This document shows positions 36,068 to 40,512 of a DNA stretch of 40,512 nucleotides, piece by piece; position 1 is the stretch's first letter; every line of letters begins with the position of its first letter. Under the pieces are notes generated by a model. It had not been told where the DNA came from, searched no databases, and saw only the letters and a program-made list of their open reading frames with translations. The position numbers and the translations under genes were made by a program. Where the stretch lies: NCBI GenBank assembly GCA_903928565.1, contig CAIYRH010000013.1:1-40512 (forward strand), given 5' to 3'. The stretch comes from Candidatus Staskawiczbacteria bacterium. GTDB lineage: Bacteria > Patescibacteriota > Minisyncoccia > Minisyncoccales > Staskawiczbacteraceae.

Positions 36068-36092
36068 TCAGATTAACATTATGTTAACCTGG
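36068..36092. promoter_or_regulatory. Degenerate copy of the CAGGTTA/TAACCTG inverted-repeat site
   Basis: TCAGATTA-N9-TAACCTGG, 25 nt upstream of the paralog 1 ATG, the same spacing as for paralog 2. Confidence 0.7.
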
Positions 36093-36100
36093 ATAGGTTT

Positions 36101-37828
36101 TTATGCTACTTCACTATTGTAGCACGTTTCGCAATAAACAATTTCTGGCCTGTCGGGCGCGTAGCTAGTTTCAAATTCGTTCGTGCACCCTTCTTTCATG
36201 CATTTTCTATGCCAAAGTCTAATGGGATTACGCCAAGCAAATCTCGCATAATGCCTGCAATTTGGGCAGATTTTAGGCAACGGAATATTAAGTTTTTTAT
36301 AAAATTGCAGTTCCTGGCTAGTAATTTTAAACGCACCGGCGCATTCGTGGACGCATTCCTTATTATGGCGACAACTAATAACTTCTTTTATAATACCCTC
36401 AGCTACATATAAAATGCTGTCTGGGATATCTTTACTGTCAATCGTTGTGCTAAAATTTTTATCTTCAGGTTCTCTCCAAATAAGTCCCGTTTTTTCAACT
36501 TGTTCCCTTAAAAGAGGAAAATTTTCATATGCAAAAGATTCATTATAGGCTGTAGGGCTCATTTCGGCCGGAAAAAATTCTCCATATTTATATACTAGCC
36601 CATTTTTATCTGTATAAGGCATATCATTCATATGTTGAATGATTTTTGGCACCAATGCTTCGTATTCCTCTTTGGTGTATTGCTTATTAAAAATGCAATA
36701 TTGTTTATTCCTAAGGCTAATGCACCCAAATAAATTTGAAGAATTTTGTCCACAAAATAAACAGTACTTCAAATTTGAAACAGATGAATAACAAGACCAA
36801 CAAAAAGCAAGATTATAGGCCCCTTTTCCTACAACTAATGATTCGTAAATCAATTCGGCCGTGTCTCCGAAGTTGCTGTAATCGTAACAATCTTTTGACG
36901 GTATATTACTTAGACTTTGACAGTATTTTACATTTTCTGCTCCGCTAGCTCTCCAACAATTTATCGCATTTTTAGAATTGGAAATATAGTCCCCAGAAAC
37001 TTTTGTGTTATGTCGTCCATGAATAAATTTGTTTGGAAATTTTATCCAATGATTAATAACCTGCTCGCGAATATTATTTATACTTTGAGCCGAGTCTAAT
37101 CTAAGTTCTTTAATTTTCGTTGCATATTCTTCTTTTGAATATGGTTTATTAAAAATATAATAAGATTTATTTTTTAAATTAATACTGCCAAAACAATTAT
37201 TGCAACCAACACAATTTTTACAAAAAACTACAGCATTGCAACCTTCACAATCTATAGAATATAACGTTTTATAACACTTGGTAATGCTAACACAATCGTA
37301 GCAAAGCTCTGAATCAAAAAAGATATGGCAATCAAAAATGTCTTTAGAATTAACGCCAGAAATTGAATGGGCAGAATTTTCAACATATGATACAACATGA
37401 CTAAGATAACAATCTTTAGGTTCTGTGGCATTATTGCAAAAGTCACTTCGTATAGGACTAATAAGCGACCGAGACATTATTGGCACTTGATAAAATAACT
37501 CTCTAAATTGCTCAAAGAATGGGCGGGAAAAATCGTAATCTATACCATAGGCCATTGGATCCCACGAATCGGAGTACCATTCTGACGTTTCTAAAATTTT
37601 GGCCATAGAATCTTCATGAAAAGCGGAAAATATTTCTTTCCCATGTATGTCTTTTTTTCTAAAAAGTTTCCATTCATTTCTCCAAGACCAGCGCCTTTGC
37701 ATTCTGCAATTTGGGCAAAAAGTTGGTGCGGGCACCGTCATTTTTTTGTAAAACGCAAAATCATCGGGCTCAATTACGAAGTCCTGTTTACAATTTTGGC
37801 AAACTTTTGTTTCACTTAAATGTTCCAT
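36101..37828 (-). CDS. Cys-rich Zn-ribbon / beta-solenoid-like protein, paralog 2
   Basis: Same architecture as paralog 1; the first 27 aa are identical and the last ~33 aa nearly identical. Confidence 0.85.
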   Translation of the reverse strand: MEHLSETKVCQNCKQDFVIEPDDFAFYKKMTVPAPTFCPNCRMQRRWSWRNEWKLFRKKDIHGKEIFSAFHEDSMAKILETSEWYSDSWDPMAYGIDYDFSRPFFEQFRELFYQVPIMSRSLISPIRSDFCNNATEPKDCYLSHVVSYVENSAHSISGVNSKDIFDCHIFFDSELCYDCVSITKCYKTLYSIDCEGCNAVVFCKNCVGCNNCFGSINLKNKSYYIFNKPYSKEEYATKIKELRLDSAQSINNIREQVINHWIKFPNKFIHGRHNTKVSGDYISNSKNAINCWRASGAENVKYCQSLSNIPSKDCYDYSNFGDTAELIYESLVVGKGAYNLAFCWSCYSSVSNLKYCLFCGQNSSNLFGCISLRNKQYCIFNKQYTKEEYEALVPKIIQHMNDMPYTDKNGLVYKYGEFFPAEMSPTAYNESFAYENFPLLREQVEKTGLIWREPEDKNFSTTIDSKDIPDSILYVAEGIIKEVISCRHNKECVHECAGAFKITSQELQFYKKLNIPLPKICPNCRHYARFAWRNPIRLWHRKCMKEGCTNEFETSYAPDRPEIVYCETCYNSEVA

Positions 37829-37853
37829 GTTATTTGTACTGTCATGTGTACTG

Positions 37854-37878
37854 TCAGGTTACCCTACGATAACCTGAG
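37854..37878. repeat. 25-bp palindromic direct repeat, copy 1
   Basis: TCAGGTTA-CCCTACGA-TAACCTGA-G, identical to 38093-38117. Confidence 0.95.
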
Positions 37879-37894
37879 CTTTTTGATACCTTTT

Positions 37895-38086
37895 TTATTT
37901 TTGTAAATCGGCTATCAACAATTTTATGTCAACATCTTGTTTGAAAATAATATAATCTCGGCCCATTTTACGTGCCTTAATATTCCCCCGCCAAATTCTT
38001 TTAAGCACGGAGACCTTGCTTATTTCCAGAACTTCTGCCAACTCGGTTGTTGTATAAAAATCTTTTTCTGTTATTATTTTTGACAT
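37895..38086 (-). CDS. Excisionase/MerR-like HTH protein (HTH_17 type)
   Basis: FYTTTELAEVLEISKVSVLKRIWRGNIKARKMGRDYII. Confidence 0.88.
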   Translation of the reverse strand: MSKIITEKDFYTTTELAEVLEISKVSVLKRIWRGNIKARKMGRDYIIFKQDVDIKLLIADLQK

Positions 38087-38092
38087 TTCGTT

Positions 38093-38117
38093 TCAGGTTA
38101 CCCTACGATAACCTGAG
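38093..38117. repeat. 25-bp palindromic direct repeat, copy 2
   Basis: Identical to copy 1; 6 nt upstream of the HTH ATG and downstream of a TATAAT at 38137-38142 (minus). Confidence 0.95.
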
Positions 38118-38144
38118 AGATTTTATCTACGGTTTGATTATACT

Positions 38145-38175
38145 AAAAAACCACCCTGAATTAAAGGGCGGTTTT
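38145..38175 (-). terminator. Intrinsic terminator after nrdD
   Basis: AAAACCGCCCT-TTAATTC-AGGGTGGTTTTTT on the minus strand. Confidence 0.8.
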
Positions 38176-38181
38176 AAATTT

Positions 38182-40353
38182 TTATGCCGCTACTTTGTCC
38201 TCTATTTTTTCAATTGCTGCATTTACCTTCTCTTCTGGGAATGCAAACTCTTTTCGCTCTTCAAATTCTTGTTTTTTACCCTTGTGCCATTGCTGAACCG
38301 GGCGGATATAGCCCACCACCCTTGAATACACTTCACAGGGCTGTTTTATGGTGCACTGAGGGCATTCAAAGTGTTCGCCAGAGATATAACCGTGAGTTGG
38401 GCAAATTGAGAATGTTGGCGTTAAAGTAATATATGGCAAACTGTAATTTTCACAGATTTTTTTAACCAAGGCTTTTGCCATATTGGGGTCGGAAACTTTT
38501 TCTCCTAAAAATACGTGCAAAACTGTTCCTCCTGTATATTTTGTTTGTAACTCGTTTTGCAGTTCTAAAGCTTCAAAAATGTCATCTGTAAACCCAACTG
38601 GCAATTGGCTTGAATTAGTATAATAAGGAACTTCTTTTGTGCCCGAAGTAACAATTTCAGGGTATTTTTCTCTGTCAGCGCGTGCTTGCCTGTAACTTGT
38701 GCCTTCACCAGGAGTTGCTTCCAAATTGTATAAATTCCCGGTTTCTTCTTGGAATTGAACTATTTTATCACGCATGAAATCCAAAACTTCAAGTGCAAAT
38801 TTCTTTCCTTTGGGTGTAGTAATATCTTCTTCCAAAAAGTTTATTAAAGATTCGTTCATGCCCATAATTCCAATAGTTGAGAAATGATTTCCAAAATAAG
38901 TGTTTCTCATTTTTTTCATTTCTTCCAAATAATGCCTTGAATATGGGTAAAGCCCTTTTTCCATGTAGTTGTCCAAAGCTTTTCTTTTAATTTCCAAACT
39001 TTCTTTTGCCAATTCCATTAATTTTGTTAAACGTTCAAAATATTCTGTTTTTGTTTTTGAAGTGTATCCAATTCTTGGCAAATTTATAGTTACCACACCA
39101 ATTGACCCTGTTTTTGGAGAAGACCCAAACAATCCCCCACCTCTTTTATATAATTCTCTGTTGTCTAGTCTTAGTCTGCAACACATTGACCTGGCGTCGT
39201 CCGGACTCATATCTGACTGAATAAAATTTGAAAAATAATTAATTCCATACTTTGCCGTTGCTTCCCACATAGATAATAAATTTGGGTTGTCCCATTCAAA
39301 ATCTTTGGTTATTGAAACTGTTGGAATTGGAAAAGTAAACGGCCTGCCTGAAGCGTCTCCTTCCATTATGCCTTCGTAAAAAGCCCTAATAAACATATCC
39401 ATTTCAGGTTGAAAATCTCCGTAAGTTTCATTTTGAGGTTCGCCTCCAATAATGACCGGTTGTTTTGACAAAAATCCGGGAGCTTTAATGTCTAAAGAAA
39501 CATTCAAAAATGGAGTTTGGAAACCAACACGAGTTGGCACCATGCAATTATATAAAAATTCTTGCATAGCTTGTTTTACTTGCGAGTAATCTAACTTGTC
39601 ATATCTAATAAATGGCGCCAAAAGAGTGTCAAAATTTGAAACAGCATTTGCTCCGGCAGTTTCACCCTGCAAAGTAAACAAAACGTTTATTAATTGACCC
39701 AAAGCGGTTCTAAAGTGTTTTGGAGGCCTGCATTCTATTTTCCCAGAAACGCCACCAAATCCTTTTACTAAAAAGTCATACAAATCCCAACCAGCACAAT
39801 AAGGCGCCAATAATTCTAGGTTGTGAATGTGAAAATCTTCACTTAAAGCAGCGTCTCTAATTTCTTTTGGATAAATTTTATTTAACCAATACTTTTTTGA
39901 AATATATGAGCCTACATATTGGTTCAAACCTTGCAAAGAAAAAGTCATATTGGCATTTTCTTTTACCTGCCAATCTATTTCTTTTAAATAACTGTCCACT
40001 TTTTCTGAAGAGTCATCAACCGCTTTTGTTGCCTCACGAATTGCCCTGCGTTGCTCGCGGTACAAAACATAAGCTTTGGCAGTTTCTACTAAGCCCTCCA
40101 ACATTAGAGCTTCTTCAACAATATTTTGGATTTGTTCTATAGTTGGTATTTCGCCCTGTTTAAACCGTCGATTCATTAAAGCAACAACTTTGTCAGAGAC
40201 TCTCTTAGATTCTGGACCATTTCCTTGGTCGGTTGCAACAACGGCTTTATGAACAGCTTCGGCGATCTTTTCTTGTTCAAAATCAACGACTCTGCCGTCT
40301 CTTTTTCTAACTTTCTCAATATGATTTACTGTTTTTTTAATTTCTTCTGACAT
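38182..40353 (-). CDS. nrdD: Class III (anaerobic) ribonucleoside-triphosphate reductase with ATP cone
   Basis: VRKRDG ATP cone, FHIHNL, PYCAGW, RSMCCRL, LEATPGEG, ICPTHG...CPQC, YSRVVGYIRPV glycyl-radical motif. Confidence 0.96.
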   Translation of the reverse strand: MSEEIKKTVNHIEKVRKRDGRVVDFEQEKIAEAVHKAVVATDQGNGPESKRVSDKVVALMNRRFKQGEIPTIEQIQNIVEEALMLEGLVETAKAYVLYREQRRAIREATKAVDDSSEKVDSYLKEIDWQVKENANMTFSLQGLNQYVGSYISKKYWLNKIYPKEIRDAALSEDFHIHNLELLAPYCAGWDLYDFLVKGFGGVSGKIECRPPKHFRTALGQLINVLFTLQGETAGANAVSNFDTLLAPFIRYDKLDYSQVKQAMQEFLYNCMVPTRVGFQTPFLNVSLDIKAPGFLSKQPVIIGGEPQNETYGDFQPEMDMFIRAFYEGIMEGDASGRPFTFPIPTVSITKDFEWDNPNLLSMWEATAKYGINYFSNFIQSDMSPDDARSMCCRLRLDNRELYKRGGGLFGSSPKTGSIGVVTINLPRIGYTSKTKTEYFERLTKLMELAKESLEIKRKALDNYMEKGLYPYSRHYLEEMKKMRNTYFGNHFSTIGIMGMNESLINFLEEDITTPKGKKFALEVLDFMRDKIVQFQEETGNLYNLEATPGEGTSYRQARADREKYPEIVTSGTKEVPYYTNSSQLPVGFTDDIFEALELQNELQTKYTGGTVLHVFLGEKVSDPNMAKALVKKICENYSLPYITLTPTFSICPTHGYISGEHFECPQCTIKQPCEVYSRVVGYIRPVQQWHKGKKQEFEERKEFAFPEEKVNAAIEKIEDKVAA

Positions 40354-40512
40354 ATTTTTATGGTAGCCTATCTGCCAACGGGCAGGGACAAAAAAAAGAC
40401 ATTTGCTTTTAATTAGCTTATTGTTTAAAAATCATGACCCTCATTCCTAAACAATGAGTTTATTAAAATGCCTTTTTAAATTATTAATATTATTTTCCCG
40501 CCGCAGCGGGAT

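Noticed and set aside
36062-36089. dif site (TTATGTTAA resembles the XerD arm)
   Set aside because: No XerC-like arm at 6-bp spacing; better explained as the third CAGGTTA/TAACCTG site.
34333-38117. Classical integron attC array or DGR
   Set aside because: Sites lack attC length and R''/R' order; no integrase or reverse transcriptase is present; differences between the repeats are not adenine-specific.
40354-40512. NrdR boxes or riboswitch upstream of nrdD
   Set aside because: No convincing match in the visible 159 nt; the region is cut by the window edge.

Overview
AT-rich bacterial chromosome segment using the standard genetic code. It looks like Patescibacteria/CPR (Parcubacteria-type). 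That is inferred from short or leaderless 5' UTRs, a stand-alone PaaX/Cas2-like gene, ComEC without a nuclease domain, and large Cys-rich proteins; no marker gene is present. In order it carries: a CDP-deoxysugar cluster (rfbF/rfbG-like, rfbC, C-methyltransferase, aminotransferase, methyltransferase, Gmm-like Nudix); an O-antigen-ligase/TPR protein; an S-layer-like protein; an ECF sigma module; a palindrome-flanked PaaX/Cas2-like gene; a lipase-tipped giant surface protein with a partner gene; several orphans; rlmN; a thermonuclease; clpB with CIRCE; htrA; a GT2/GH/GT-B operon; comEC; and nrdD and nrdG, split by an inserted HTH gene plus two Cys-rich paralogs. No rRNA, tRNA, CRISPR array, integrase, transposase or reverse transcriptase was recognised. 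Best leads: (1) two small DNA-binding genes, each bracketed by two identical copies of its own palindrome (41 bp at 13381/13992; 25 bp at 37854/38093); (2) tandem Cys-rich paralogs with near-identical ends and leaders but divergent cores, each preceded by the same inverted-repeat site; (3) an apparent Trp/Phe/Tyr leader-peptide attenuator (26899-27068) upstream of an orphan gene; (4) several families of short palindromic or heptamer elements lying in-frame inside unrelated proteins.
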